From positions 2,413,648 through 2,477,647 of the forward strand of contig SMSO01000014.1 in assembly GCA_004764695.1 (NCBI GenBank): 64,000 nt of DNA, written 5' to 3'. The first letter of the stretch is position 1; every line of letters starts with the position of its first letter. The stretch is from Schizochytrium sp. TIO01. Taxonomy: Eukaryota > Protista > Bigyra: Labyrinthulomycetes. This document shows, in pieces, positions 33,515-45,127 of this stretch. The position numbers and the translations under genes are program-made. Under the pieces are notes generated by a model that saw nothing but the letters and a program-made list of their open reading frames with translations, had not been told where the DNA came from and made no database searches.

Positions 33515-36006
33515 AGTTCAACCCAATTTGGATATCAGCACTTTTAATCTACTATCTCACGCAACTTCACGTGGGCTGCGGCAGTGTCGAACTTTTCCGT
33601 GTAAGCTCTGATGATTATTTGTCTTCCCTGCGATGATCGCTGATTGGCTTGAGCCAACTCTAGGCTGGGGCTTGTTAACAATTTTTTAGTTATCTTTGTA
33701 GGTAAGTACACATAATAGTATATTGTAGATGCTATGATTAATTAATTAGATTGTACATAGTACTTACCTACTTGGTATCTAACTTGACCTCTTTTTATTT
33801 TCATTTTCATTTTATTAACAATTAAGAATTAAATTAAATTAAAATGGAAGTAAGACCTTCATATCAAATGAGTAATCTACATGGGAAAAACGCAGATGTG
33901 TTGCTCATCGTCACGCTTCACCACAACATGAGTTTCATGTAATCAGAACTTCGAAGTGTTGCACTTATGACACTGCATACGGCACCATACAAGGAAAGGT
34001 AAGGCCAGCATGAGTGCTGATTTGTAGTTAGTAGCACTTAAACTAGAGGGACTTGCAGAAGAAAGCTCGCAAATTTCATGCTCTCGGTACCACTCATCTG
34101 AAATGCTACCATGATTTACACACTGTACAGTTGAACTTATCTTGGGACATTTAAAATAAGATTATAAAACTTGAGATTTGACCACAAGAACTACTACGAG
34201 TATGGTATGCATATTGCCAAATTAAGTGTGAAATTCTCAAAGAAAGTTTAAAAAAAGCTCATGCATAATCTCAAACAAGAATTAATCAGGGTATTCACTA
34301 TGATACTACTTTAAAGCGTTTCTGCTCTTTGTCTTTATTCCTGATCGTTTCCGGAAGATGTAAGTAGCAACAGCAAGTTTATTTCAGTCCAACACTTAAA
34401 CTTTTGACACTAAGGCGTCTTTACTTGTTTCCGAGCAAAAGCTCCAGGATATACTGATCGCCATTCACGAAAGAAATAAAAGCTGGTGCGAAGATAATCC
34501 TTTCAAATGCACGCATCTCATATTCCTCACTTTTACACCGGGTCGGATATCGCTTTAATTGCACTTTTCCTGCATCCTGTAAGTCTCAGTCATCGCAACA
34601 CTGTTTCGGTGTCAATTTGATCAGTTTGTTGGTATTGAACTATTACACAAAAATCATAGCTTTGTTCTACCTACCTGCGTCTACCTAGAGTGCCCATGGC
34701 TTGAGTTTTAAACCCCTAAAAAGGACTGATTAGAGTGTTGCAAGGCACATTTCAGGTATTGTAGCCTGATCAGGTACTAGTAAGGATTGAGTTCAAGGGC
34801 GTGTATTATCATGTAGATGGCTATACCAAGCTCTGCATTTTCTTTGTCACCATGCACATAGGTACAACTGGGTAGATAGATGCTTCTCTTACTCAAAGTC
34901 CTCACTCTCAGAGCCAGAGGCATGTTACAGAAAGGCAAAAGTAATAGATAATTATTTTGGCTTGAGTTTTGTCCAGCCCAAGCTAAAAGATATTAACTCA
35001 TTACCTCTGAGAGTGCTTTCTTATTTTTGTATAGTAGTTAGTTACCTCCTACCCTAGGAGTTTACTCTCAATCAGAGTAAACATTGAAAAGCCAAAACGA
35101 TGGTGAGAGGCATCGATAAATATGTGATAAAGTTCTCTAATTCGCTAGATCTACAATTCCCTCTAATGCCACTGAGTCCTACATCACCATTTCCCGTAAC
35201 GTCACATTAGTCCTTGCAGCTTCTCCCACCAGTTGATGAGTGATTGTTTTGGTTCTAGCTCGTTAGAGACAACTTTAGATGCGGTGAGCAGGATTGGTCA
35301 GTAGTTAGTAGTGTCTGGTAAAAGTTCTTAAAGATCCTTTGCGTTCGTTTGGGTCTTTCAAGTCACTCAAAGGTAATGAGTTAAATTAAAAAAAAGCATG
35401 GCTAAAACCCCAAATTTAAAATATCACTCATTAAGCATTCAAGTCAATACCCTTACCCAGTATGATTATCATTGTGGTTGAAAGAAAGTGAAAAAAACAC
35501 TCAAGCCGTCAGTTAAGAATAAAACAAAAGGAATAACTTGGCCTGGATCCCTTTGTCTACCGTCTTCGTAGGTAGACTAAGATGCTAACCTAAATAGATA
35601 GTTAGGATATTAAAAAATAATTTGTGTCATGAAATGTTTTGGTTTAGCGATTTTCATCTTTCCAGAGGATTTATTATAGACAGACTGTCAGCATTGAGAA
35701 AAGACTTTGAAGCTCTTCATGTATTACTACTGTTGTCGTATATTTCATGGGTATGAAAACCTCATAAGTTTAGTATAACCGCCGCCCTCCTGGAAAATAC
35801 ACACCTACAGAGAGGTAGATACTAAGAAAGGAAAGGTTCACTACTAATCCATCGTAGCACCTACCTAAGTACCTACTTACCTGCCTACATCTGCAACTCC
35901 TAGTACGTAGTCCCCTGTCATACCCTCATTAGTAGTGAAGCAGTCATAAAACCTCCTAGCTTAAGCGAAACAAGCCTATACACTACTAGTAGGCACTAAT
36001 ACCTAT

Positions 36007-36076
36007 TGTATGTATGTATGTATGTATGTATGTATGTATGTATGTATGTATGTATGTATGTATGTATGTATGTATG
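36007..36076. repeat. (TGTA)n microsatellite, ~17 units
   Basis: Directly visible perfect repeat. Confidence 0.97.
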
Positions 36077-36088
36077 CATCGAAATGAA

Positions 36089-36122
36089 GCAAGTAATAGT
36101 TATCGGCAAGTAATAGTTATCG
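36089..36122. repeat. 17-bp tandem duplication GCAAGTAATAGTTATCG x2
   Basis: Two exact adjacent copies. Confidence 0.9.
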
Positions 36123-36990
36123 ACTAGGTAATAATATTATACAGGAGGTACCTACAGACTTACTACTGAGTAGAAACAAAGCATTCACTCTGCTCTGCTT
36201 GAATCTACGATTCCGACTCTTCTTCTTATTGATAGTACTACTACCTCTACTTCTATCTCTAGTTGTCTCCTAGTAACGGGACACTAGGTAGGCATTTACT
36301 AACAGTCTGCAAGGGTGTGGAACTACTGGAACTTCTGCTGGCAGTGCTCCTATTGTTACAAGTAGTAGCTAGATAGGTCACTCCTGTCATGTTGTATCTA
36401 GGACGCAGGCTGACTCTGCTTTGCTTCTGCTGCTCATAACAATGCCTAGTGCTACCTATGCCCCAGCTGCCTCTAGGGTTTTCAATATGTGAGACCTTGC
36501 ACTAGAAGTTGCTTACTTATGCCTATACTTTGCGCCCTCCTTAGGACTTCTCTCTAGCACTCTACTGCATTGACTGCACTCTCGATTGCTGGCTCCACTC
36601 CTATAGTATCCGCTAGCATCCTGTGAACTCCTAGCGATTCAGATATCTAGGCCCTATTCCTCTCTCCACTGCAGTCACTGCATCACTGCATTGCTCAGCA
36701 TTGCTCTCTGTGTCCGTATTTTCTTCTTCTCTCACCCCCTCTCAGCACACAGACTCTCACAATAATCCGACTATCATCCCGTCTTGCATACCATGGCTAG
36801 TATATATAGTATGGTATGAGAAGGCCCTCAGAAGAGGGGGGCATTGAGCGTATGTGCGTGCAAGAAGACAGGGTCATGGTGGGATAAAATGTCTGCGAAA
36901 GAGAAGAAAGAGAGAGCAATGGCAGCACTGCTGACGAAGTAATGTCTAAGCGGAGGTAGGTGGGGATAGCGATGAGATCATGGATAGGCG

Positions 36991-37238
36991 CTTACTTACT
37001 TACTTGCTTACTCACTTACTTACTCACTTACTCACTTACTTACTTACTTACTTACTTTCTTATTTACTTACTTATTTACTAACTTACTAGCTAACTAGCT
37101 AACTAACTTGCTAACTTCAATAGACATGCGGATAGAGAGTGATAAGTAAGTGAATAGATAAGGAGATAGGAGAAGGAAAGGAGGAGAGAAAGACAGAGAG
37201 ACACAGAGAGACACAGAGAGACACAGAGGGAGAGAGAG
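36991..37238. repeat. Compound microsatellite: (CTTA/CTCA)n, (CTAA/CTAG)n, then GA-rich (GAGAGACACA)n
   Basis: Directly visible, immediately upstream of the gene at 37328. Confidence 0.88.
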
Positions 37239-37327
37239 ATCATCTTCATTCATATCGCTTCCTCATCTTTCGCACGCACAGAATCGATCGGAGTCGCGTG
37301 TAGACAGACAAAGCGAACACTATCATC

Positions 37328-37723
37328 ATGCTTGGTGCCCTTGGAGGAGCTGCTGCTCGCAGCGTGAGCCGCGTTCGCGTGGCCACTGGCCCTGCCGCAT
37401 CCCGCGCTGGTGCCCGCCGTGGTATGGCTGGCGGCCATGCCAACGTGCAGTACGAAGGCGCTGAGGCCGTTGTGCGCAAGTACCTCCCTGAGGACCATCA
37501 CATCGTGCTCGCCAACATGGCCTCCTGGGTTGTGCTCTACGGCTTGTACAAGTTGGTTGCCGGTGGCTCCAAGGAGGAGGCCAAGGTCGAGGCACCCGCT
37601 GCTGTTGGCGGCTCCGAGACCGAGGTCCCTTCTCTCCTTGACGAGAGCTTCGAGGAGTGGTCCAAGGTTCCGGGCAACCTCGAGAAGTGGGAGAAGTCCG
37701 TGGAGGACTGGGCCAAGCAGTAA
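37328..37723 (+). CDS. Small single-TM mitochondrial protein with presequence, likely highly expressed; candidate respiratory/ATP synthase accessory subunit
   Basis: Arg/Ala-rich acid-free N-terminus ending RRGM-AGG, one TM helix (IVLANMASWVVLYGLYKLV), extreme codon bias (about 5 of 131 codons end in A). Confidence 0.8.
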   Translation: MLGALGGAAARSVSRVRVATGPAASRAGARRGMAGGHANVQYEGAEAVVRKYLPEDHHIVLANMASWVVLYGLYKLVAGGSKEEAKVEAPAAVGGSETEVPSLLDESFEEWSKVPGNLEKWEKSVEDWAKQ

Positions 37724-38479
37724 CTTGAATCGCCAAAAATATACATCCAACAAAACCCACATCTTTTTTTCTCATTGATTTGATTGATATAATCTCTCTT
37801 CTTCTACACATTCGCCATCTATCGTAATCACCATTCTTTCATCCTTCTAAGTCCTTCGCCAAAAGCGTCGTTCTCGTATCGTTTTTTTGTTCCTGTTTCA
37901 TGTATGTGGGGCATGCATAGACGCATGGATTCACATGACTCCGTTTGGCACGCTTTTCCTTCCTTTGCCCCGAGACACCCAATGGGATAATAAACACACA
38001 TGCTAGATTTGTAATCGATAGAAGTGAAGGTGCAGAAGAGGATACACGAAAAGTTGTGTGCTTATAGAAACGCAAATCCCCCTTGAACTTTCTTGAATAT
38101 ACTTGTTTTCAATGGTATCTAACACAATGGCGCTACTACTGGCAGGGTTTAGAATGTTCATTCGAGCATACCAGTATTTAGTGGAGCGTGATCCTCCTGA
38201 ATGGCGTACTGTGTTAGATTGCCAAACTTGATTAAAGGCATGAATGCATTTTTGAAAAGCAAAATAAAATAAAAAGTTGCAATTATAGTGACAACCTTTC
38301 CTACATCCATGTGCATACGCTTCATGGATACATAGGTACATATGTTTTACACGATTGGAAGAAGGAACTTTGTAGTTGCTATTAAACTAGTCTTTACAAC
38401 CGTATTGTCTTTTGAATTCAAGAACTACAGCTCTTATCTTTGCTATCTATTAAGAGTCAGTCGATAGGTGGGTGCCTCA

Positions 38480-39499
38480 TCAAAATATATCTTTGGAATG
38501 AGATGAAGATGTGGCGGCCTTGCCCTTTAGGACGACAAGTCTTGAGCTATCGCCATGGGTCGCGTGGTAATAGGCAATCAAATCACGAAGTTGAAGATTA
38601 GCTTCGAGAACTACATCCATGAAATCCTTGTGGGAAGCTGACTCCACAGCGCCCTTCGAGGGTGGTATAAGTTGATCCTTAGACATAATTTGCTTGTTTG
38701 CGTCCAATGGTACACGGAAGCAGAATCCAACGTTGTCGCGAAGTCGTAGGTCTCCCTCGAGGCTTGCATACAATGAAAGAAACCTATTCATTATCTCTGC
38801 AACACATGCTGGGTTCTTGCGAATGCTCAATAAGTAAACTACCCCCAGTATGTGGTGGGGACAAATTTCTGCACGGGGTACAATTACAGCACTACCAAAA
38901 CCTCCTGCGCGGTGTGATTTCAAGCGTCTACAATCAGACAATAAACTTCGCCACGAATGTGATGGAATACATGGGACTCGGGTGTTTCGCCGGAAGAAAC
39001 TCCTCATATACGCACGTTGCAGCATTAAGAGAACCTCGTCTCGAGTTGCCTCTAAAGTCACACGCGGAATGAATTGAGCGCCGATCATTCTTAGGGCACG
39101 GTTTTTCCAGAGCAAATCTTGGCAGGCAGCCTCACGGCACTCCCGTGATGTTATTGCAAGAGCGTTGAGGTCTCTAGTCTCCAAATAGAACAAAACATTA
39201 CTGTACAGATCTATAGATCCTAATACGCGTTCCAATGCTGCTCGGGTCTTGATTTTCTTACGCACAAGCGCTTCGAGCTCATGACGCTCGATTACGTCGC
39301 GTCCAGCATCGCCTAATATTGCAGAGAGTTCCCGCGTTGCTAGCGACTCGACTTGGATCTTGCTTTGCTCTTGTTGCGCTAAAACAGTGCTGTCTCTAAG
39401 AAGGGCAGTTGCTCGTACGCTGTGTTTTCGTCGCCAGCGAGACCAACGATCTCGTGCAATTGACTCACCGGCATTGCCGGTCCCACGCAGAGCTTGCAT
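38480..39499 (-). CDS. F-box-like domain protein
   Basis: 339-aa ORF. DLYSNVLFYLETRDLNALAITSRECREAACQDLLWKN resembles the F-box consensus. Confidence 0.65.
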   Translation of the reverse strand: MQALRGTGNAGESIARDRWSRWRRKHSVRATALLRDSTVLAQQEQSKIQVESLATRELSAILGDAGRDVIERHELEALVRKKIKTRAALERVLGSIDLYSNVLFYLETRDLNALAITSRECREAACQDLLWKNRALRMIGAQFIPRVTLEATRDEVLLMLQRAYMRSFFRRNTRVPCIPSHSWRSLLSDCRRLKSHRAGGFGSAVIVPRAEICPHHILGVVYLLSIRKNPACVAEIMNRFLSLYASLEGDLRLRDNVGFCFRVPLDANKQIMSKDQLIPPSKGAVESASHKDFMDVVLEANLQLRDLIAYYHATHGDSSRLVVLKGKAATSSSHSKDIF

Positions 39500-40565
39500 C
39501 GAACACTCTCAGGTTCTTGTCTCCCTTACGTTGGCAAATGCTCAGCCAGGCCCTTCAAATCCCAATGCGCTAATAGTCCTACTGTATAGCATATATACTT
39601 TACACTATGAGTCGAACTTCAGAGCCTCGCAGAAGAGCATACAAAGTAAAGTCCCTCTTGTTAATAATTCAATAAACAAGTCAATTGCAGACAAACACAG
39701 ATGCTGCAATTCGATGGGTTTTAAACCTGAGCTGATAGAAGAGAGTGAAGGAAATGTGATATTTCATCTAAGTAAAATATCTTTCATTGGAGAAAAGGAA
39801 CTCAGGTTTGACAAAATAAGGTAAATACTCATCATTGTATCGTGGTATTATTTCCTAGGTAGGTACAGTATGGTAATATTCTGCAAAAATCTCGTATGGT
39901 GCCATTATTGTTAAGAATTTCGTAGTTGTGAAGCTATGAGTTCGCCTCTACAATTGGCCAAGTCTGATGAAATTTCAGAGGAGCGAAATCAATTTACGCT
40001 TGAGGTTTCATCTTTTTCTTTTTTCTTTTTTACACATTTCTAAAGCCTTCTTCTAAGGGGTTTAGAATGATTTATTCTCTTTGGAATGCTTCTTTAGCTC
40101 ACATCTATTCTTTTTTTAAACACACTCAGTACTAATGTAATTAATACTCTATATGAATGTTTCATTCTGATGAACATCAGCTTCTTCCAGTCAAAGTGTA
40201 TTCTAACATTCTGATAATCTTTTTGCTATTTACAACAAATGTTCGGTCTTTATAGTTAAGTGAAGTGAACTTGAGGTACGTGTGGTACAATATCTAACTA
40301 AAAAATTAAGCACAAATCTCTAGCAAGATTGCAGAATATGACTCCAACGCTTGATTCTTGAGAATTTGAAGTTCTATCATTTTAATGTATAAGAGTAAAT
40401 ATAAAGACAGAAATGCTTGAGCTGTACGATAACATAAACCACATATTCCTTCTACAAGACTAGATTTAGCAGTAGATCGAATAGTTCTGATGTTGACAAT
40501 GTCTGTGACCTGATGATCAGCATGACGACATGCATTTGAGGTAACAGCTAGGAAATAAATAAATA

Positions 40566-40608
40566 AATATATATATATATATATTTGTATACGTGTATAT
40601 ATATATAT
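40566..40608. repeat. Interrupted (TA)n microsatellite
   Basis: Directly visible. Confidence 0.85.
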
Positions 40609-41189
40609 AGAAGAGACTTCAAAAATTAAATATAAAAACAAAGAAAGCAAAGGTTTTCTCATCGCAAATTTATTGATCAGCTGAGGTCCTCAATGAAAAT
40701 GGGCTTTCATTCACCCTGGCACTCTTTATTCGGTCTTGCTTTTGTATTCTTTTTTTCTGTTTCGAAAGTCAATTTAAAAGTTAGAGTCTCTAAAGCTTAC
40801 TACGGTTTCTTTTTCTTTTTTCCCGTTTTTATTCATTCAAAGAACTCAAGAAAAGGAGAACTAAAGAGAAGGAAGCAGAGAAAGAAAGCTTTATGGAGTT
40901 TATAGTAGTAACAGGTACCTAGGGTAGGTAGTAGTACCTGATTTGTAAAGTGAGAGAAATACATTCTTTTCTGCACGCTGGGAGAGGTGTCCGGCAAAGA
41001 ATAGGCCTGGCCGACTCAACAGCAAAGAGGATAGCCCTTCAGGGCTGAGCGGAAGTATATGGACTTGGCTGTGTGCATGCGCAATTCTTATCGCTTCAAT
41101 TGTCCTGTCAACTAACCGAGCACTCACTTTAAAACTACGAGACTCGGAAGGACCGGCAGGTGGAGTGTGCAAGGTCAATCTGTGGAAAG

Positions 41190-44100
41190 ATGGACCCAGA
41201 AAGCAAAAGTAATCTCAACCAAATAATACGCAAGGGTGCAGACACGTCAAATGTTCAGGATATTCCTACTCGCAGTGTTCGTAGCACCACCCCATATGCA
41301 AAGGGCAGTTCTTTCTCTAATTCCAAGCTTAATCTTGAGACCTTCGAAGTCTATTTAATTAACCGCTATAGAGCTAGGAAGAAGCGGTACCTTGTTGTTG
41401 ATGTTGTCGCTCGAACCCTCAGTAGAAGCAATAGGGATGAAATCACAGAACCTTTGTCAGCTGGGTCATCTGGAAGTACTGCTTCTAATGTAGGAAATCT
41501 ACGCAAGACTGTCCCGATTACCCCGATGCTTCTCCTCCTGCCAAGCGAGACTGATAAACGTAAATTGAAACTCTTTGTTGAACCTCAATCCAGAGGTCTA
41601 GATATAATCTTTTCCAGTGCCTCCGAGCGAGAGCGGTTTAGTGCTTTACTTCGGCATGTAAGGGCTCACTCCATTCAATATGAATATGATTCGTTTGACT
41701 CAACTAGCTCTCTAGGAAGAGACATGTATTCTGGTGCTGCCCCACCAAGATTAAATGTACTTTGTACTACATTTAACTGTTCGAAAAACCCAGCACCCCA
41801 CATCTGTAGAGGCAACGACGCGTTAGATTCTGGGAGTGTGTGTTCCTCATTTCATGAAGTTTCGGATTCAGATTACGAAGACTTAAATGAGCAAAGCGGC
41901 AAGTTTGCTCTGAGTGAACACGCCTCTTTATCAGCAAAAGAAGCGCTTGTCCACCAAGGACCAGAGGTGCCAGATATTACAGAGGACACTCTTAAGCGTT
42001 GGATATGTTCAGGAGAAGGGGATCTGTACTTTATTGCATTGCAAGAGTGTAAGTCAAAATTTCTCTCCGACTGGATCCAGTTGTTTATGAACGAACTTGG
42101 CCCAGATCAGTTTACAATACTTGGAGTTGCGAGTATGTGGAGTATACATGGAATACTCATTACTCGAGTATCTCTCCGGCAATATTTTTCTCATCTTCGT
42201 ACTGATACACGTGCATGTGGATTGGGTGGGATGATTGGAAACAAAGGGGCAGTTGGAATTAGCGTTCGTTATGGAGATGGAGTCAGTACTTCAAGTACTT
42301 CATTTGCTTTTGTGAACTCCCATCTTGCAGCTCGTGCTGAGCGTGTATCCCAGCGTGCAAGTGACTATCAAGAGATTTGTCATTCTTTATTGACCACGCG
42401 TAAAGGCCAAGGTTCAGGTGTACAGCTGCTTCATGCATATGATCATATCTTTTGGGCTGGCGATTTAAATTATCGGCTAGACATGGGAGATCATGGGAGC
42501 GATGTGGAGTTCGATCACGTTGTTTCAAAGATATCTAGTGCAGATGATGAGATATTTGCGAAGCTTCGTGATCATGACCAGCTTGATCACGAACGGGCTA
42601 AACACAATGTGTTTGTAGGGTTTCGTGAGGGTGAACTCACCTTTCCACCAACCTACCGTCTAGAAATGGGTCAGCGAGGGGTATACAGCAATAAGAGGAA
42701 TCAAAATCCGTCGTGGACGGATCGCGTTTTGTGGAGGTCAAGGCCTGGAGTTACGTTTAAAGTTGAACTCATTGACTACACGTGCATGTCTGATGTCCTC
42801 ATGTCCGATCATCGACCTGTCCTAGCCTGCTTCTCAGTTTTGACCGAAGCAGCACTCTTCGGCTCTCCACAAGGCATTGAGCCAGGGGTGGAATCTGAAA
42901 GAATAGGTTCTGCTTCTCCTTCGGCTATATCTGACAACACTCCAACTGCTCAAACATCACAATCAGCTCCGTCGTGGTCATCCAGACCATCAGCAATTGG
43001 CAGAAACGCTCCTTTACAATTATCATCGCTGCATCAGTCCGAACCTAGTTCGGAGAAATCCCAAGTTCAAATTTACATTGGAGATGTTGAATTTTTTTGC
43101 AAGCATGTTGATGCCCAACAAGAAGCAGCGATGAGAGTTCTAAATGATCCAGCTTTTTTAGAGAAGACCAGATCAGCAGCCCTTTCTAATTTAGAAGAAG
43201 TTAGTGACGCAGAAGATGACGATATAGATTCTGACATGGGCCAGGACCAATCTCATCACACGTCAAAGCAGCGCGAGCCTTGGGGGTGCTCGAAGGTATC
43301 AGAGTCTCACAAGACGGAAGCGAAGTCTGATGTGTCTTCTATTTCATCAACTGGATCCACATCATCTTCTTCATCAAGAAAAAGTATTGATAGTTGTATG
43401 GTGAGTAGCAGGCGTCAACGTCCTAAACGTTCACGCCAAAATAGTTACTACCGGCCCTTGCATAACTCAATGGGTACGAAGAACTCACTTTTTACTGGTT
43501 ATGGGTTTGCTGGAGGTTCAGGTAAGATTGACTCAGAAGGAGCTTCACATTGCGATAAATCATCATCGGAATTCTCGAGGTATGTAACCAGATCAAACTT
43601 AGGAGTTCACTCCGGATATACACGCGTATCAATGCGGTTCCACTCTTCTATACTAGAAGCGGCCTCCCAATCTGTTGCAGTGCTTGGGCACTGTGAGCAA
43701 GGTTATGTACGCTTTCACTGGCCTGACGCCAATGTATCTTCATTGGAACCCTTTCTTACAGATCCTGTTCACCTTATAGATCAGCAGATCATAGTGACTT
43801 TGTACCGAACAAGCAACTTCAGGCAAGATTTAATTGGACAAGCCCAGATCCCGCTACGATCAGTGGTTCAAAACAAAAACTCGTGGTTTGCAGTCCCAGT
43901 TCTACTAAATGGTCTTCCTGCTGGAATTCTTCGAGGAAATCTTTTCAACCCACGCTCTGAAGAGATGGTAGAACAACTAGAAGACAGACGTAGTCTAAGC
44001 TGCCTTGACTCGCGCCCAACATTGCCAATGCTACCAAATCTTGCCTCAATCGGATCTCTAAACTATGACAGTCCTGCTGAAGATTCCATTATTATGGATG

Positions 44101-44972
44101 CCACGAGTGCTACCTTTTTCGAATTCGATGGTGTCGATCATGCAAGAGAAAATTTGAATGATCTAAGCGAGAGTGTCAAAGAAGAAGAAGAAGAAGAAGA
44201 AGAAGAAGAAGAAGAAGAAGATGATGGTAAAGACAAGGATGAAGATTGTACTGGGCAAATAGAAAGCACCCACCGTGATGATTGCACTGTACTAGCTAAG
44301 GATGCTAGTACCAAGTGCAAAACTCCCAATACACATGATATTACGACACGCAAGAGCAGTCGCATGAAGCATCGCAGTACAACTGCATTACATGATGCTG
44401 ACGGTGCCGGCAAAAGTATATGTAGGGGCTTGTCTGATCAGACATGTGGTGAGGAGATCGACTATATAGATACCGCTGAGCTCAAAGATAAGGAGGTTGA
44501 GGAAACTGAGGCAAACTCAGAGACTATAACACGTAAAAGGGGATCACTTGCCAAGTCCTTACGAGAACAAAGAGCGTCACAACACTCTTCAGGCTCTAGG
44601 ACTACGGCGAGATCATCATTATCGCGACAAGACGTGGCAAAACATTCTAAAAAGTCCCCAACAAAAGAAACCAACGATTCTTCTCCACAACAACGTACCT
44701 CTTGGTTGTCACGAACATTTCAACGTTCAAAGCGAGAACAGCCAAACGACATGCCTAAAAATCTTGCACATTGCGTTGCAGATGAAAATGAACCAATATC
44801 TTATGCGAATTTGCTTTCGCACCGCTTTGAACTTGGCCTTGACCAGGCAAAGCTAGAAACATATCTCAGTGATGAGGAGTTTCATCAGGTTTTCCAAATG
44901 ACACGTGAAAAATTCAATGCATTACCGCATTGGATGCAAATACGTCACAAAAAACAAGTCAACTTGTTTTAG
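41190..44972 (+). CDS. Inositol polyphosphate 5-phosphatase, SHIP-like (PH-like + 5-phosphatase + C2) with C-terminal villin headpiece
   Basis: IALQEC, GNKGAVG, FVNSHLAA, FWAGDLNYRL, FPPTYR, PSWTDRVLW, SDHRPV. C-terminus YLSDEEFHQVFQMTREKFNALPHWMQIRHKKQVNLF. First ATG at 41190; track start 41160 is GTG. Confidence 0.92.
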   Translation: MDPESKSNLNQIIRKGADTSNVQDIPTRSVRSTTPYAKGSSFSNSKLNLETFEVYLINRYRARKKRYLVVDVVARTLSRSNRDEITEPLSAGSSGSTASNVGNLRKTVPITPMLLLLPSETDKRKLKLFVEPQSRGLDIIFSSASERERFSALLRHVRAHSIQYEYDSFDSTSSLGRDMYSGAAPPRLNVLCTTFNCSKNPAPHICRGNDALDSGSVCSSFHEVSDSDYEDLNEQSGKFALSEHASLSAKEALVHQGPEVPDITEDTLKRWICSGEGDLYFIALQECKSKFLSDWIQLFMNELGPDQFTILGVASMWSIHGILITRVSLRQYFSHLRTDTRACGLGGMIGNKGAVGISVRYGDGVSTSSTSFAFVNSHLAARAERVSQRASDYQEICHSLLTTRKGQGSGVQLLHAYDHIFWAGDLNYRLDMGDHGSDVEFDHVVSKISSADDEIFAKLRDHDQLDHERAKHNVFVGFREGELTFPPTYRLEMGQRGVYSNKRNQNPSWTDRVLWRSRPGVTFKVELIDYTCMSDVLMSDHRPVLACFSVLTEAALFGSPQGIEPGVESERIGSASPSAISDNTPTAQTSQSAPSWSSRPSAIGRNAPLQLSSLHQSEPSSEKSQVQIYIGDVEFFCKHVDAQQEAAMRVLNDPAFLEKTRSAALSNLEEVSDAEDDDIDSDMGQDQSHHTSKQREPWGCSKVSESHKTEAKSDVSSISSTGSTSSSSSRKSIDSCMVSSRRQRPKRSRQNSYYRPLHNSMGTKNSLFTGYGFAGGSGKIDSEGASHCDKSSSEFSRYVTRSNLGVHSGYTRVSMRFHSSILEAASQSVAVLGHCEQGYVRFHWPDANVSSLEPFLTDPVHLIDQQIIVTLYRTSNFRQDLIGQAQIPLRSVVQNKNSWFAVPVLLNGLPAGILRGNLFNPRSEEMVEQLEDRRSLSCLDSRPTLPMLPNLASIGSLNYDSPAEDSIIMDATSATFFEFDGVDHARENLNDLSESVKEEEEEEEEEEEEEDDGKDKDEDCTGQIESTHRDDCTVLAKDASTKCKTPNTHDITTRKSSRMKHRSTTALHDADGAGKSICRGLSDQTCGEEIDYIDTAELKDKEVEETEANSETITRKRGSLAKSLREQRASQHSSGSRTTARSSLSRQDVAKHSKKSPTKETNDSSPQQRTSWLSRTFQRSKREQPNDMPKNLAHCVADENEPISYANLLSHRFELGLDQAKLETYLSDEEFHQVFQMTREKFNALPHWMQIRHKKQVNLF

Positions 44973-45127
44973 TTGATGGTTATCCTTCGGTGGGATAAAG
45001 GAATTAAAAAGGTGTAACCTGTAAGACGCTGTCGAAAACTTTTTTAATTAATTTGAGCTCTAGTATGGCTTTATTTTGCCAACATTCTATCGTCAGCAAG
45101 TTTTTTTGGATGCCTCATGATTCCTAC

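Noticed and set aside
37250-37811. Long antisense and alternate-frame ORFs over the 37328 gene
   Set aside because: Explained by avoidance of TTA/CTA/TCA codons in the strongly biased sense gene; no independent motifs.
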